DNA of 64,000 nucleotides from Candidatus Methylomirabilota bacterium (GCA_046726415.1 JBKPAK010000020.1:14040-78039), one strand, 5' to 3'. Shown: positions 18,750 to 29,793, counted from the first letter of the stretch. Translations and numbers: made by a program. The notes: generated by a model from the letters alone, not told the origin.

Positions 18750-19730
18750 TCAGAGCGTCGCTCGACACGAGGTGGCCTCGCGCAGGCGGTCCAACACGGC
18801 CAGCAGGGCGACCGCGTCCGCGAGCGTTCGCCTGGGCCTCGCTGCGCCTCGTACGATGGCGTGGAAGTGCTCGATCATCGCCCGATACGGATCACTGCCG
18901 CCGGTGACGATTTCCTCCAGGCGGCCGTCGCGATGGCGAAGGACAAATGTGACATCCTGGGGGCCGGGAGTGTGGGCGCGGTCGATAATCACCGCGGTCT
19001 CAGTCCCGACGATCTCTAGGAACTGCCGCTCCGGGGCCTCGAACGAGCACTCGATGGCTGCCGTGAACCCCTCGCCAAAGTCTAGCCAGCCAGAGAACGA
19101 TGAGTCCACCCCGGCCGCGGTGCTCACGGCTCCGGCTTCCACGCGCACCGGCGGGCGGCCGGCCACGGCCAGCAGTGGCGCCACGCAGTAGATCCCGACA
19201 TCGAGCAGGGCACCGCCGCCCAACTCCGGGCGCCAGCGGTGATCGTCCTGGCGGCCGAGAACCCCCGTGAAGGCGGCCCGGGCGAAACGAAGGGCGCCAA
19301 GCCGGCCGGATCGCACCAGCGCGGCGACCGCGTCCGTGCGGGGGTGGAACGGCGTCATGTACGCTTCGAACAGCAGCACCCCCGCCGCAGCACAGGCGGC
19401 GACCATCGCCTCCGCGTCGGCGGCCGACGGGGCCAGCGGCTTCTCGCAGAGGACGTGCTTTCCGGCCGCGGCGGCACGCTCGGTCCACTCCCGGTGGAGG
19501 CCGTTGGGCAGAGGAAGGTAGATCGCCTCGACCTCAGGATCCTCCAGCAACGCCGCGTACGAGCGGTAGACGCGCCGGGCACCGCTGCCGTTGCCGACGC
19601 CGCCGCTCTCACTAGCCACGGCCACGAGCCGCGCGCTGGGGCTCGCGGCAATCGCCGGCAGCACCGCCAGCCGGGCCACCCGCGCGGTCGCCGCGAGCAC
19701 GCCCCAGCCGAGCGGCTTCCCGTCGCCCAC
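18750..19730 (-). CDS. Gfo/Idh/MocA family oxidoreductase
   Basis: LPNGLH, GKHVLCEKP, GGGALLDVGIY. Confidence 0.88.
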   Translation of the reverse strand: MGDGKPLGWGVLAATARVARLAVLPAIAASPSARLVAVASESGGVGNGSGARRVYRSYAALLEDPEVEAIYLPLPNGLHREWTERAAAAGKHVLCEKPLAPSAADAEAMVAACAAAGVLLFEAYMTPFHPRTDAVAALVRSGRLGALRFARAAFTGVLGRQDDHRWRPELGGGALLDVGIYCVAPLLAVAGRPPVRVEAGAVSTAAGVDSSFSGWLDFGEGFTAAIECSFEAPERQFLEIVGTETAVIIDRAHTPGPQDVTFVLRHRDGRLEEIVTGGSDPYRAMIEHFHAIVRGAARPRRTLADAVALLAVLDRLREATSCRATL

Positions 19731-19731
19731 C

Positions 19732-21420
19732 TCACGCGCCCCCGGCGTCGATCATGACCATCGCGCCGCCTTGATCAGTGGATCGACGGGCCGCTTCGAG
19801 GACGGCGATGACCTGCCGCACCGAGGCCGGCGTGACGGCGAGCGGCTCACCGAGATGCAGGTGATCCGCGAGATTCCGGTGGAAGGCGAACGGCTGCTCG
19901 GGGGCGGGGGGCAAGCGCGTCTCGCTGATTCCGTAACCACTTTCGTAGCGAGCCAGCAAGAGGTCGGCCGGCGCCTCGGCGTGATGGATCTGCTGGGCGA
20001 CGTACCCGCGACCGGGCTCGATGCGCTCGAGCCTCACCACGCGGTAATGACCGACCAGCGTACCGGCAGTTCCCTGGACCCAGAACTTGGGACGTCGGAC
20101 CGCGGCAACATCACTCTGGAAGAACTCGGCTTCCCGGCCGTCGCGCCAGGTCATGCGCACGCGAAGCTGGTCGAGATTTGTGACGTCGTGCCAGACGCGC
20201 TTGTGGCCGTGGGCCTGCACGACATGCGGGCTCTCGCCGAGAAGCTGCAGGATCCAGTCGATGTGATGCGATCCCCAGTCGTACACGGCGCCGCCGGACA
20301 GCGTGCTATCGGAATGCCACGTGCGGCAGGGATGCGCGTAGCCACCCACGAAGGTCTCGATGTTGAAGAGCGCGCCGAGGACGCCGGCGTTGACTGCCCG
20401 CCGCACGGCCACGAAGTCGGGATCCCAGCGCCGATTCTGGTGGACGGTGAGCACGCGATGGTTCCGAGCCGCGGCGGCCATGACCTGATCGGCCTCGGCG
20501 AGGGTGAGGCAGAGGGGTTTCTCGCAGGCCACGTGCTTGCCGGCTCGCAGGAGGGCGAGGGTCAACGCCACATGCTGAGCGGGTGGCGTCGCCACGAAGG
20601 CCACTTCGACATCATCGTCGCTCAGGAACTCGTCGATCGATGCATAGGCGCGCACGCCGGGAAAGTCCGCCTCGGCGGTCTTGCGCCGGTCGACGCTGGG
20701 ATCGGCGACGGCCACGAGCTGGAGGCCGTCGGTGCTGGTCACGCCGAGACCATGGTGGTAGCCCATGCCGCCCAGCGGGCCGTAGCCGACCACGCCGACC
20801 CCGATCATCCGTCCACAGCAGCTGAGGTCCGGGCGCAGTGCCCGCGCGAGCAACTGGGCGACATCGGGGATTAGCAGCGCATCGTCGGCGTTCCCGAAAC
20901 CGCACGCCACCACCCGGCCCACCCCGACCGTACTCTCCACGACGGCGGCGAGGTCGCGCAGGGCCACGCTCACGTCCACGATGATCTTGGCGTCGGCGAG
21001 CGGAACGAGGGGGACGAAGCGATCGACCACAGTGAACTCACGGGCCACGCGGGCGGTGATGTGAGAGTGCGCGGAGGTCAGCCGGGCTAAGTATTCACCT
21101 GCTGGTGGCTCCGGGCCGGCGATCACCCCGAGCAGGTCGGCCCAGAAGCCGCTGCTCTCGGCCGGCGCGGCGCCGATCGCTACCAGCGCCGCGCCGCGCT
21201 CAATGGCCGCGCGAAGCGCGCCGAGCGTCTCCAGGGACTGTGCCGGCTGGGGGCCATCGACGAGGAACGCGTCGAACTCCCCGGGGTCCGGCCGCGTGTC
21301 GTCCGGTGAGACGAAGAGGAGGTCGGTCGGCCCCTGAGCCAGGGCCTGGAGGGCGTCTCGGCGGCGGTCGGTGAGACGCGCGGACAGGACGAGGACGCGC
21401 ATCGGGCCCAACGGTATCAC
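19732..21420 (-). CDS. Gfo/Idh/MocA oxidoreductase with an N-terminal ThuA/GATase-like domain
   Basis: C-terminal GYGPLGGMG, GKHVACEKP, HQNRRWD, YDWGSH. About 200 aa N-terminal extension ending GRVVACGFGN. Start is 21420 or 21402. Confidence 0.8.
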   Translation of the reverse strand: MIPLGPMRVLVLSARLTDRRRDALQALAQGPTDLLFVSPDDTRPDPGEFDAFLVDGPQPAQSLETLGALRAAIERGAALVAIGAAPAESSGFWADLLGVIAGPEPPAGEYLARLTSAHSHITARVAREFTVVDRFVPLVPLADAKIIVDVSVALRDLAAVVESTVGVGRVVACGFGNADDALLIPDVAQLLARALRPDLSCCGRMIGVGVVGYGPLGGMGYHHGLGVTSTDGLQLVAVADPSVDRRKTAEADFPGVRAYASIDEFLSDDDVEVAFVATPPAQHVALTLALLRAGKHVACEKPLCLTLAEADQVMAAAARNHRVLTVHQNRRWDPDFVAVRRAVNAGVLGALFNIETFVGGYAHPCRTWHSDSTLSGGAVYDWGSHHIDWILQLLGESPHVVQAHGHKRVWHDVTNLDQLRVRMTWRDGREAEFFQSDVAAVRRPKFWVQGTAGTLVGHYRVVRLERIEPGRGYVAQQIHHAEAPADLLLARYESGYGISETRLPPAPEQPFAFHRNLADHLHLGEPLAVTPASVRQVIAVLEAARRSTDQGGAMVMIDAGGA

Positions 21421-21568
21421 GATCGAGCATTTTCAGCTTGCCATGACGGCGGGCGGGTGGTGCGATGACTGGCCTCGGATCCGAGCGTCTGGCTATCGTG
21501 CAGACGTGGGACGTCCGCGGGGCGGGGGTCCCGCCGTCCAGGTCGAGCCGGTGAACAGGAGGACCGCG

Positions 21569-22933
21569 ATGCTCTCCAGAGAAGACAACGACCTGCTCTG
21601 TCGCGTCGGACCCGGCACTCCGATGGGCGCCTTGCTGCGCCAGTACTGGATTCCCGCCCTCATGTCCACCGAGTTACCGGCCTCGGATGGCCCGCCGGTG
21701 CGCGTGCGGCTCCTCGGCGAGAACCTGATCGCCTTTCGCGTCACCTCGGGCAAGGTCGGGCTGATCCAGAATCACTGCCCGCATCGCGGGGCGTCCCTGT
21801 TCTTCGGCCGCAACGAGGAGGACGGCCTGCGCTGTGCGTATCACGGCTGGAAGTACGACTGCGAAGGCGTCTGCGTCGACATGCCCAACGAGCCGCCGGA
21901 GAGCACCTTCAAGGCGAAGATCCGGGCCACGGCCTACCCATGCCTCGAGCGGAACGACATCATCTGGACCTACATGGGGCCACGCCCGACACCACCGCCG
22001 CTGCCCGACATCGAACCGAACATGCTGCCGCCGGGGGAATACACCATCCAGAAAGTCCTGCGGGAGTGCAACTGGTTCCAGGGACTCGAGGGCGACGTCG
22101 ATACGAGCCACCTGGGGTTCCTCCACCTCGGCGCCGTCAGGCCCGAGGACACGACACCGGGGACATTCGATTACTACAACGTCGCCGACCGCGCGCCGAA
22201 GTACGAGGTGGTCGACGCGGAGTTCGGCACCTCGTACGGGGCCTACCGCCCGGCCGAGGCGGATACGTACTACTGGCGCATCGCCCACTTCCTGTTCCCG
22301 TTCTTCACGATGATCCCTACCGGCATTCTCGGCGTGCAGATCCTCGTCCGCGCCTGGGTGCCCATCGATGACGAGCACCTGATGTTCTGGAGCATCGGGG
22401 CACCGCGCTCGCGCGAGGGCCGAGCGGCCACCGGCGGCGCCAACGCCCTCGCCCCCGGCGGCCGGCCGGTGGCCGCCGCCGGCTCCAGAGCGGGAGGCTT
22501 CGAGTTCCTGGCGGACACCACGGACTGGCTCGGCAAGTTCCGCCTCACCCAGAACAAAGACAACGACTACCTCATCGACCGCGAGGCCCAGCGCACCGAG
22601 AGCTTCACCGGCATCGCCGGGATCCATCAGCAAGACCAGGCTGTCACCGAGAGCATGGGGCCGACCATCGACCGGACACAGGAGCACCTGGGGACCTCGG
22701 ACGCGATGGTCATCCGGACGCGACGCCGGGTCATCAGCGCCGCCAGGGCGCTTCGCGATCGCGGCGTGGTGCCGCCCGGGGTCGACAACCCGGAGATCTA
22801 TCGCTGCCGTTCAGGCGGCGTGATTCTCCCCCGCCATGCCAACTGGCTCGAGGCCACGCGGGAATTGCGCCGGGCCTTCGCCGAGCCCACACTCGCCGCG
22901 CTCGCCGCGCTGGCGACCGACACCGGCCGATGA
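21569..22933 (+). CDS. Rieske oxygenase, phthalate 4,5-dioxygenase/LigXa-like
   Basis: MLSREDNDLLCRVGPGTPMG, CPHRG, CAYHG, EGDVDTSHLGFLH, QDQAVTESMG. Confidence 0.9.
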   Translation: MLSREDNDLLCRVGPGTPMGALLRQYWIPALMSTELPASDGPPVRVRLLGENLIAFRVTSGKVGLIQNHCPHRGASLFFGRNEEDGLRCAYHGWKYDCEGVCVDMPNEPPESTFKAKIRATAYPCLERNDIIWTYMGPRPTPPPLPDIEPNMLPPGEYTIQKVLRECNWFQGLEGDVDTSHLGFLHLGAVRPEDTTPGTFDYYNVADRAPKYEVVDAEFGTSYGAYRPAEADTYYWRIAHFLFPFFTMIPTGILGVQILVRAWVPIDDEHLMFWSIGAPRSREGRAATGGANALAPGGRPVAAAGSRAGGFEFLADTTDWLGKFRLTQNKDNDYLIDREAQRTESFTGIAGIHQQDQAVTESMGPTIDRTQEHLGTSDAMVIRTRRRVISAARALRDRGVVPPGVDNPEIYRCRSGGVILPRHANWLEATRELRRAFAEPTLAALAALATDTGR

Positions 22934-23029
22934 CCGGCGCCGACCGCCGAGGGAATTGACCATGACGGCGACCGGCTCCGAGCGCCGAGCCCTTCGAGGG
23001 CAACGCGGCCCCAAGGCCTGGATTCCCCG

Positions 23030-24061
23030 TCAAGCCAGCCGAGGGCCTCCCAGGCGGGCGAGGCGCGCTCGCCACCGGGGCAGAGCTTCGCGATTGCGGA
23101 CATAGAGAGGCTCTTCGCCCCGAAGCGCCCGGGCGACGTTCTCCACCGCCGCGCCTGGCAGTCCCGCGTAGAGCTCCTCGGAATGCGCCACATTGTGGGC
23201 GGTCGCGATCACGCGGGGATGGGTGCGCAGCGGGTGCCCCGGAGGGCACGGCTCCTCTCGCCAGACGTCCAGAGCCGCGCCCCCGAGATGGCCGTCCAGG
23301 GCTGCGATCAGTGCATCTTCGTCCACCACCCCGCCGCGGCTGGTGTTGATGAGATAGGCCCCGGGCTTCATGAGCGCGAACTCTTTGTCGCCGAGGAGGT
23401 GTCTGGTCTCGCGCGTCAGCACCACCTGGATCGATACCACGTCGGCCGTGCGCAGCAACGTCTCCAGATCCACCAGCTCCACGCCCAGCTCCGCCGCGAC
23501 GTCCTTTGACACGTACGGGTCGGTGGCCGTGATCCGGCATTCCCAGCCGGCGAGGCGGCGGACGACCGCCTGGCCCACGTTCCCCAATCCGATCATCCCA
23601 ATGGTGCGGTGCCGGACCATGTGGCCTGTCTGGGCCACCCGGTAGCCTCCCTCGCGCATGGCGGCCCACTTCTGCGGAAGCCGTTTGACGAGGGCGGCCG
23701 CCAGCATCACGACCGCCTCCGCCACGCCGAGATAGTTCTCGGGAGTGGCTCCGAAGGCGATGACGATGCCGAGCTCCGTGGCTGCGTCCACGTCGATGTT
23801 CTCGGTGCCGATGATCGTGCTGCACCCGACCGTGAGCCGCGGGGTCGCTTGCAGCAGCTCCCTCGGGTACCGCTCGCGGATACCGGCGATGAACCCGTCG
23901 GCATCGCTGAAGTACTCCTCGATTTCGGTTCGGCTGAAGATATGCACCGCTCCGGGAAGCGACACGGGGCCGAGGACCGGCGCACAGCCGGCGGCCGTGA
24001 GTCCTCCCACGACGTCTTCGACCCTTGCCAGTTGACGAGACACCACGACCTTGGGCGCCAT
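23030..24061 (-). CDS. D-isomer-specific 2-hydroxyacid dehydrogenase
   Basis: GLGNVG, INTSRGGVVDE, LDVWREEP, TAHNVA. Confidence 0.88.
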   Translation of the reverse strand: MAPKVVVSRQLARVEDVVGGLTAAGCAPVLGPVSLPGAVHIFSRTEIEEYFSDADGFIAGIRERYPRELLQATPRLTVGCSTIIGTENIDVDAATELGIVIAFGATPENYLGVAEAVVMLAAALVKRLPQKWAAMREGGYRVAQTGHMVRHRTIGMIGLGNVGQAVVRRLAGWECRITATDPYVSKDVAAELGVELVDLETLLRTADVVSIQVVLTRETRHLLGDKEFALMKPGAYLINTSRGGVVDEDALIAALDGHLGGAALDVWREEPCPPGHPLRTHPRVIATAHNVAHSEELYAGLPGAAVENVARALRGEEPLYVRNREALPRWRARLARLGGPRLA

Positions 24062-24164
24062 CTCGTTCCTCCGCTTGAAAGCAGGCGCCAGTAAGTATAC
24101 TTTCCGCAAGCCAGCTGCCTGTCTCCCCGGAAAGGCGCCGCGCACTAGCACCAAGGAGGGCGTT

Positions 24165-25220
24165 ATGCGGGACGGCATCTTCATCGTCGACGGCGACGGC
24201 CATGTCATGGACCGGCCGCACCGGTGCTATCAGAAGTACCTCCCCGAGCAGTACCGACATCGGTCGGCGTTCTTTCCCGGCCCCTACTGGGACCGCCGGC
24301 AGGCTCCCAATGGCGAGCTGGGCCGCGACCCCGACACGCCAAGCGAAATGATGGCCGACATGGATCAGGAGGGCATCGATCTCGCGATCCTGTACCCGAC
24401 GACGGCGCTCGGGATCGGGCAAATCCGCGAAGTGGACTATCAGACTGCGCTCTGCCGCAGCTACAACAACTTCATCGCGGATTGGTGCCGCGCCGACCCC
24501 CAGCGTCTGAAGGCTGTTGCTCTCGTGCCCTATCTCGACCCTCCCGAGGCCGCCCGCGAGCTGGACCGGGCGGTATCCCATCTCGGCCTGGTCGGCGTCA
24601 TGGTTCCGACGTTCATTCCGGGCCGGAACGCCGCCGATCCTTTTTTGTGGCCCATCTACGAAGAGGCCGAGCGGCTCGGCGTGCCGGTGGCCATGCACGC
24701 CACGGGCAGCGAGACCGGGGATCTCTACCGTTTCAGCAACTTCCTGGCTGTGCACACGTGGACCCACGCCCCTGAGCAGATGATCTCCGTGATTAGCTGC
24801 GTCTACGGCGGGATCTTCGAAAAGTTCCAGCGGCTCCGGGTGGGCTTCATGGAGTCCGGCGCGGGCTGGGTGCCGTTCTTCATGGAGCACCTGGACGGCG
24901 AGTTCGAAAAGCGCCCTTGGGATGCGCCCCTGTGCAAGGCGAAGCCCAGCGAGTACATGACGTGCGGCCGCGCGTATTTCGCCTGCGAGCCCGAGGAGAA
25001 GACGATCCCCTACGTCGTCCAGTGGGTCGGTGAGGACAACATCCTGTATGCGTCCGACTATCCGCACTGGGACAGCGAGTGGCCTCACACGGTTGACGAG
25101 CTGCTCAAACGGGGCGATCTCGGCCGGGGCCTGAAGGCGAAGATCCTCGGCCAGAACGCGCTGGCATTCTACGGTTTGAAGGCGGCGGTGGCGGCGCGGT
25201 TGCCCACCGCACGAATCTGA
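24165..25220 (+). CDS. Amidohydrolase family protein (amidohydro_2)
   Basis: DGDGH metal motif, MH, ESGAGW, ASDYPHWD. Confidence 0.88.
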   Translation: MRDGIFIVDGDGHVMDRPHRCYQKYLPEQYRHRSAFFPGPYWDRRQAPNGELGRDPDTPSEMMADMDQEGIDLAILYPTTALGIGQIREVDYQTALCRSYNNFIADWCRADPQRLKAVALVPYLDPPEAARELDRAVSHLGLVGVMVPTFIPGRNAADPFLWPIYEEAERLGVPVAMHATGSETGDLYRFSNFLAVHTWTHAPEQMISVISCVYGGIFEKFQRLRVGFMESGAGWVPFFMEHLDGEFEKRPWDAPLCKAKPSEYMTCGRAYFACEPEEKTIPYVVQWVGEDNILYASDYPHWDSEWPHTVDELLKRGDLGRGLKAKILGQNALAFYGLKAAVAARLPTARI

Positions 25221-25246
25221 ATCCACTCAGCCGAGACGGCGGGCCC

Positions 25247-27049
25247 ATGAACCCGCGAACCGAGGACGAACCCATGGCGACGCACCTCGAGACGCTCGAC
25301 ACCGCAACGGGACAACGCCGGGAGTACGGCATGCAGGCCCACCAGGCCGCCGAGGCCCTGATGGCCTCCATGCAGCTGAATGGCATCGAACGGCTGTGGT
25401 TCGTCTCCGGCACCGAGCTCGCCTTCTTTCAGGAGAGCGCCATCAAGCACCGGGCCCTCGGAAAGCCCACTCCGCAGCTCATGACGATGACTCACGAGAA
25501 CGCCGCGTTGGCCGCCGCTTGCGGAGAGACCGTGATGACCCGCCGGCCCTCGGCCACCGCCTTTCACGTCGAGTGCGGCCTGATCAACGCGGGTGGTGCG
25601 TTGCACAACGCCGATCGCGGCCGCTATCCGGTGCTGATAATGTCGGGTTACCCGCCCTCGTCCGAGGCGCGCAAGGTGCCGGGCGGGCGAAACAGCTACA
25701 TCCAGTGGTATCAGCAGATTCGCGATCAGGGCGAGTTGCTTCGCCAGTACGTGCGCTGGGATCACAAGTTGGCGACCTACGACAACGCCGGGCTGGTGAT
25801 CAGCCGCGCCGTGCAGGTGATGACCAGCGAGCCGCGAGGACCGGCCTACCTGGCGGTGCCCCGCGAGTCCGCCATGGCGCCCATCGAGGCGGCTCGGTTT
25901 CCCCTGGCCGAGCACCTGCGTCCGGCCGGTACGCCGGCGGCCGACCCCGCCGAGCTGCGCCAGGCCGCTCAGTGGCTGCTCGCGGCGGAGAACCCGCTCA
26001 TCTGCGTCTCGCGCAACGGCGACAACGCCACCGCCGTCGCGGCGCTCCAGGAGCTCGCCGAAACGCTCGGCGCCCGTGTGATGGCCGATTCCTTTCGGAT
26101 GAATCTCCCGGATCGCCATCCACTGCAGCGCGGGGCGCCTGGCATCGCCCCGACGCCGCCGGACACCGATTGTCTGCTCGCCGTCGAGACGGTGGTGCCC
26201 TGGCAGCCGTGGGCGTTCGATCCCGACGGGGTGAAGCGCGTTATCCGCCTCGCCATCGACCCGATCGAGCGCATGACGCCGATCTATGAGTTCCCCTCTG
26301 ACCTGTCGATCACCGCCGATCCCGCCAAGGCGATTCCCGCGCTCCTGGAGGAGCTGCGCTCGCAGATGACGCCGGAGCACCAGCGCCGCTGTCGGGCTCG
26401 GCTGGACCGCTATCAGACGGAGGGCCGGCAGCGGTTCGAGGCCGTGCTCAACACCGCGAACGCGGACCAGGCCCGGGGGGTGATCTCTCCATTGTGGCTC
26501 AGCTATCAGATCGGCCAGACGCTCGACCCCGAGACCATCATCGCGCACGAGCTGGTCGAATCGTCGATGTTCAACCGCTCACGCCCGGGAACCCTGGTGG
26601 GCACCGGTGGCTCGAGCATCGGGTGGGCCGCACCCGCGGCCGTCGGCGTCAAGGTCGCCGCGGGGGATCGCCCGGTGGTGGCCTGCATCGGGGACGGGTC
26701 GTGGATGTTCGGCAATCCGCAGGTGACGGTCTGGGCCTCGGCGTTTCACCGGGCGCCCGTGCTGTTCATCGTGTGGAACAACCGCGGTTATCGCACCGGA
26801 ACGGCCGAGGTGCTGCGAACCTACCCAGAAGGCTACGCGGCGAAGGCCCGCGATCTCACGGGAGGCTGGTTCGACCCCTGCCCGAACTACTCGGGCGAGG
26901 CGGCGGCGAGCGGGGCTCACGGCGAGAAGGTCACCGATCCCAACGAGGTCGGCCCGGCCATTCGACGTGCCCTCACGGCCATCGAGCGCGACGGGGCTCC
27001 CGCCGTTCTCGACATGTGGATGCCCAAACTCGTGACCGGTGACGTGTAG
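25247..27049 (+). CDS. Thiamine diphosphate-dependent enzyme (ALS/benzoylformate decarboxylase-like)
   Basis: THE catalytic Glu, PRGPAYL, GDGSWMF...NN ThDP motif. Confidence 0.88.
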   Translation: MNPRTEDEPMATHLETLDTATGQRREYGMQAHQAAEALMASMQLNGIERLWFVSGTELAFFQESAIKHRALGKPTPQLMTMTHENAALAAACGETVMTRRPSATAFHVECGLINAGGALHNADRGRYPVLIMSGYPPSSEARKVPGGRNSYIQWYQQIRDQGELLRQYVRWDHKLATYDNAGLVISRAVQVMTSEPRGPAYLAVPRESAMAPIEAARFPLAEHLRPAGTPAADPAELRQAAQWLLAAENPLICVSRNGDNATAVAALQELAETLGARVMADSFRMNLPDRHPLQRGAPGIAPTPPDTDCLLAVETVVPWQPWAFDPDGVKRVIRLAIDPIERMTPIYEFPSDLSITADPAKAIPALLEELRSQMTPEHQRRCRARLDRYQTEGRQRFEAVLNTANADQARGVISPLWLSYQIGQTLDPETIIAHELVESSMFNRSRPGTLVGTGGSSIGWAAPAAVGVKVAAGDRPVVACIGDGSWMFGNPQVTVWASAFHRAPVLFIVWNNRGYRTGTAEVLRTYPEGYAAKARDLTGGWFDPCPNYSGEAAASGAHGEKVTDPNEVGPAIRRALTAIERDGAPAVLDMWMPKLVTGDV

Positions 27050-27058
27050 ACATGCCCC

Positions 27059-27232
27059 ATCAGCCGCATCCTCAAGATCTGCCAGGACCACAACGTCCCG
27101 TGCGGCCATCCGCACCCCGACGCCCGCAACATCGAGCGCTTGATCGCGAGCGGCTACCGCTTCCTCATGCCCAGCGCGCCGCGCTCGTTCGCCGTGCTCG
27201 AGCAGGGCCGCAAGCTCGCGGGCCGCAGTTGA
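27059..27232 (+). pseudogene. C-terminal fragment of an HpcH/HpaI aldolase-family gene
   Basis: Start-less frame RILKICQDHNVPCGHPHPDARNIERLIASGYRFLMPSAPRSFAVLEQGRKLAGRS*. Confidence 0.55.
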
Positions 27233-27245
27233 GATGGGGCGCGAC

Positions 27246-28403
27246 ATGACACTGCGATTCGGGGTCTTCGATCACATCGAGCCGGTGCCGGGGCTGCGAC
27301 TCGATCAGATCTATCGCGAGCGGTTGCAGCAGATCGAACGTTTGGACGCGGCGGGGTTCTATGCCTATCACCTGGCCGAGCACCACACCCCGGCCATCCA
27401 CAGCCTGGCCCCGTCGCAGAACGTCTTCCTGGGCAGCGTGGCCCAGCGCACCCGGCGCCTGCGATTCGGTCCGTGCGTGTATGTGCTGCCCCTGCATCAT
27501 CCGCTCCGCCTGATCGAAGAGATCAGCATGCTCGACAATCTGAGCGACGGGCGCCTGGAGATCGGAGTCGGCCGCGGCGGTGTCATGGAAGCCTATTTCT
27601 GGGGTCAGGAGGCCGACTCCGAGACGAACTATGCGCGGTATCTGGAGACCCTGGCCATCGTGCGGGAAGGGCTCAGTCACGACCAGCTCACCTATGCCGG
27701 CCGCTTCCATAGCTTCGACCACCTCCCCATGTACTTGCGCCCGCTGCAGAGGCCATATCCGCCACTCTGGTACATGCGCAACCCGGTCACCGCGGCCATG
27801 GAGGGCATGCACACCATTCTCGTCGGCTCGCTCGAGACCCTGGTGGCGGCGGTTCCGCGCTACCGGAGGGCCTGGGACGAGCATCAGGGGGCCGGTGCGT
27901 TGACCGTCCAGGGCGACGAACCGATGATCGGGCTCGTGGTCCACCTCGTCGTGGCGGAGAGGGATGAAGAAGCGATCGAGATCGCCAGACCGGCGTGGGA
28001 GAAGTACCGCTGGAACCTCGCCGCTCCGCGCCGTCTGGAAGCGGAGAAGCGCGGCCTGACCCAGTTCATGCAGAGCAAGGACGGCTCCTTCGGCTTCGTC
28101 GGAGAGCGCCCGTCCGGATTGCCGACCCGGGAAACGCGGCGGGACATCGACGCCGAGCTCGAGCGCTTCGACCAGCAGAAGCACCGCGACCATCCCAACC
28201 GCTTGGGGGGCGTAGCCCTAGCCGGCTCCCCGCGGGCCGTGCAAGAGTACATGGACGAGTAACTGGCCACCGGGGCCAATTACTTCGTCTGCTCCTTCCA
28301 ATGGGGCGATCTCACCCACGATCAGGCCATGCGATCGATCGAACTCTTCGCCACCGAGGTGATGCCCCGTTACCTGACGGCTGCTCCCGTGGCACATGGG
28401 TAG
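27246..28403 (+). pseudogene. Luciferase-like (LLM) flavin monooxygenase with an in-frame TAA at 28260-28262
   Basis: AEHH, GRLEIGVGRG, QRPYPPLW. The frame continues past TAA as LATGANYFVCSFQWGDLTHDQAMRSIELFATEVMP to TAG 28403. Confidence 0.8.
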
Positions 28404-28605
28404 CGGCGAGCGGAGGGCGATTGCCTGGAGGAGGAATGGGCGATGAGCGACCCGAAACTCTGCGTCCGGTAGACCGCCGGGAGGTGAACGGTCGGCCGCA
28501 CGGGACGTCGCCGGGACGCTCATCGGGTCGCCGTTTGTCCGATGCAGCGCATTGCACTATGATCCCCCCGGCTGTCTCACTCCCTCTCATCGGAGACTAA
28601 CGACG

Positions 28606-29793
28606 ATGGCGGACAACGGATCACTGCCCCTGGGACGCTTCTCGGTGCTCGATCTCACGCGGGCGCGGGCGGGCCCCACGTGTGTGCGGCAGCTCGTGGA
28701 CTGGGGCGCCAGGGCGATCAAAATCGAGATGCCGGGCGGTCGCTCGGGCGATGGGATGGGCGGCAACCGCCGCGGGTTCGACTTCCAGAACCTGCACCGC
28801 AACAAGCGGGCCATGACCTTGAACCTCCGAGAGCCCGATGGGGTGGCCATCTTCAGGCGGTTGGCGCGGGATGCTGACATCGTCGTGGAGAACTACCGGC
28901 CGGACGTCAAGCGGCGTCTGGGCATCGATTACGAGACCCTCCGCCAGATTAATCCGCGCCTGATCTACGGCAGCATCTCCGGATTCGGCCAGAGCGGGCC
29001 CTATCGCGATCGGCCAGGGGTCGATCAGATCGCCCAGGGGATGGGCGGTCTGATGTCCATCACCGGCATTCCGGGGCAGGGACCGGTGCGGGTGGGCATT
29101 CCCATCGCCGACCTGTGCTCGGGGATCTTCCTCGCCCAAGGGATTCTCGTGGCGCTCATCGAACGGGAGCGCACGGGCGAAGGAAAATGGGTGCATACCT
29201 CGCTGCTCGAAGCGATGCTGTCCATGCTCGATTTTCAGGCGTCGCGCTGGTTGATGTCCGGAGAGATTCCTCCCCAGGCGGGGAACAACCACCCGACGGG
29301 GATCCCCACCGGCGTGTTCGAGACGAAGGACGGTCACATCAACATCGCCGCCGCCGGCGATGAGATTTACGAGCGGTTCTGCCAGGCCATCGAGAGGCCG
29401 GATCTGCGGACCAACCCTCAGTTTGCCACCTCGCGGGCGCGCTCCACCAATCGCGATCTGCTGATGGATGTCCTGATACCCGTCACCCGGCAGAAGTCCA
29501 GCGCCGAATGGGTGAAGATCCTGAACGACGCGGGCGTGCCCTGTGGGCCGATCTATCGGATCGACGAGTCCTTTGCCGATCCCCAGGTGCGATATCTGGA
29601 AATGGCGCAACCGGTGCACTCGCCGGCCCTTGGGGATCTCACCATCTTGGGACATCCCGTCTCCCACGGCGACAAGCGCCTGCCCATCCGGGCCTCGGCG
29701 CCCGAACTGGGGCAGGACAACGAGGAGATCCTCACCTCCCTCGGCTACACCAAGGCGCAGATCGCGGATCTGACGGAGCGCGGGATCATCTGA
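28606..29793 (+). CDS. Type III CoA-transferase (CaiB/BaiF, formyl-CoA transferase-like)
   Basis: VLDLTRARAGP, HRNKR, VENYRP, SISGFGQSGP, APELGQDN. Confidence 0.92.
   Translation: MADNGSLPLGRFSVLDLTRARAGPTCVRQLVDWGARAIKIEMPGGRSGDGMGGNRRGFDFQNLHRNKRAMTLNLREPDGVAIFRRLARDADIVVENYRPDVKRRLGIDYETLRQINPRLIYGSISGFGQSGPYRDRPGVDQIAQGMGGLMSITGIPGQGPVRVGIPIADLCSGIFLAQGILVALIERERTGEGKWVHTSLLEAMLSMLDFQASRWLMSGEIPPQAGNNHPTGIPTGVFETKDGHINIAAAGDEIYERFCQAIERPDLRTNPQFATSRARSTNRDLLMDVLIPVTRQKSSAEWVKILNDAGVPCGPIYRIDESFADPQVRYLEMAQPVHSPALGDLTILGHPVSHGDKRLPIRASAPELGQDNEEILTSLGYTKAQIADLTERGII

Noticed and set aside
24093-24102. AAGTATACTT palindrome between divergent genes
   Set aside because: It could be an operator or overlapping -10 boxes, but it is short, single-copy, and no regulator is present to assign.
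28260-28262. Recoding (Sec/Pyl) of the LLM internal stop
   Set aside because: The codon is TAA, not TGA or TAG; a nonsense change or sequencing error is simpler.
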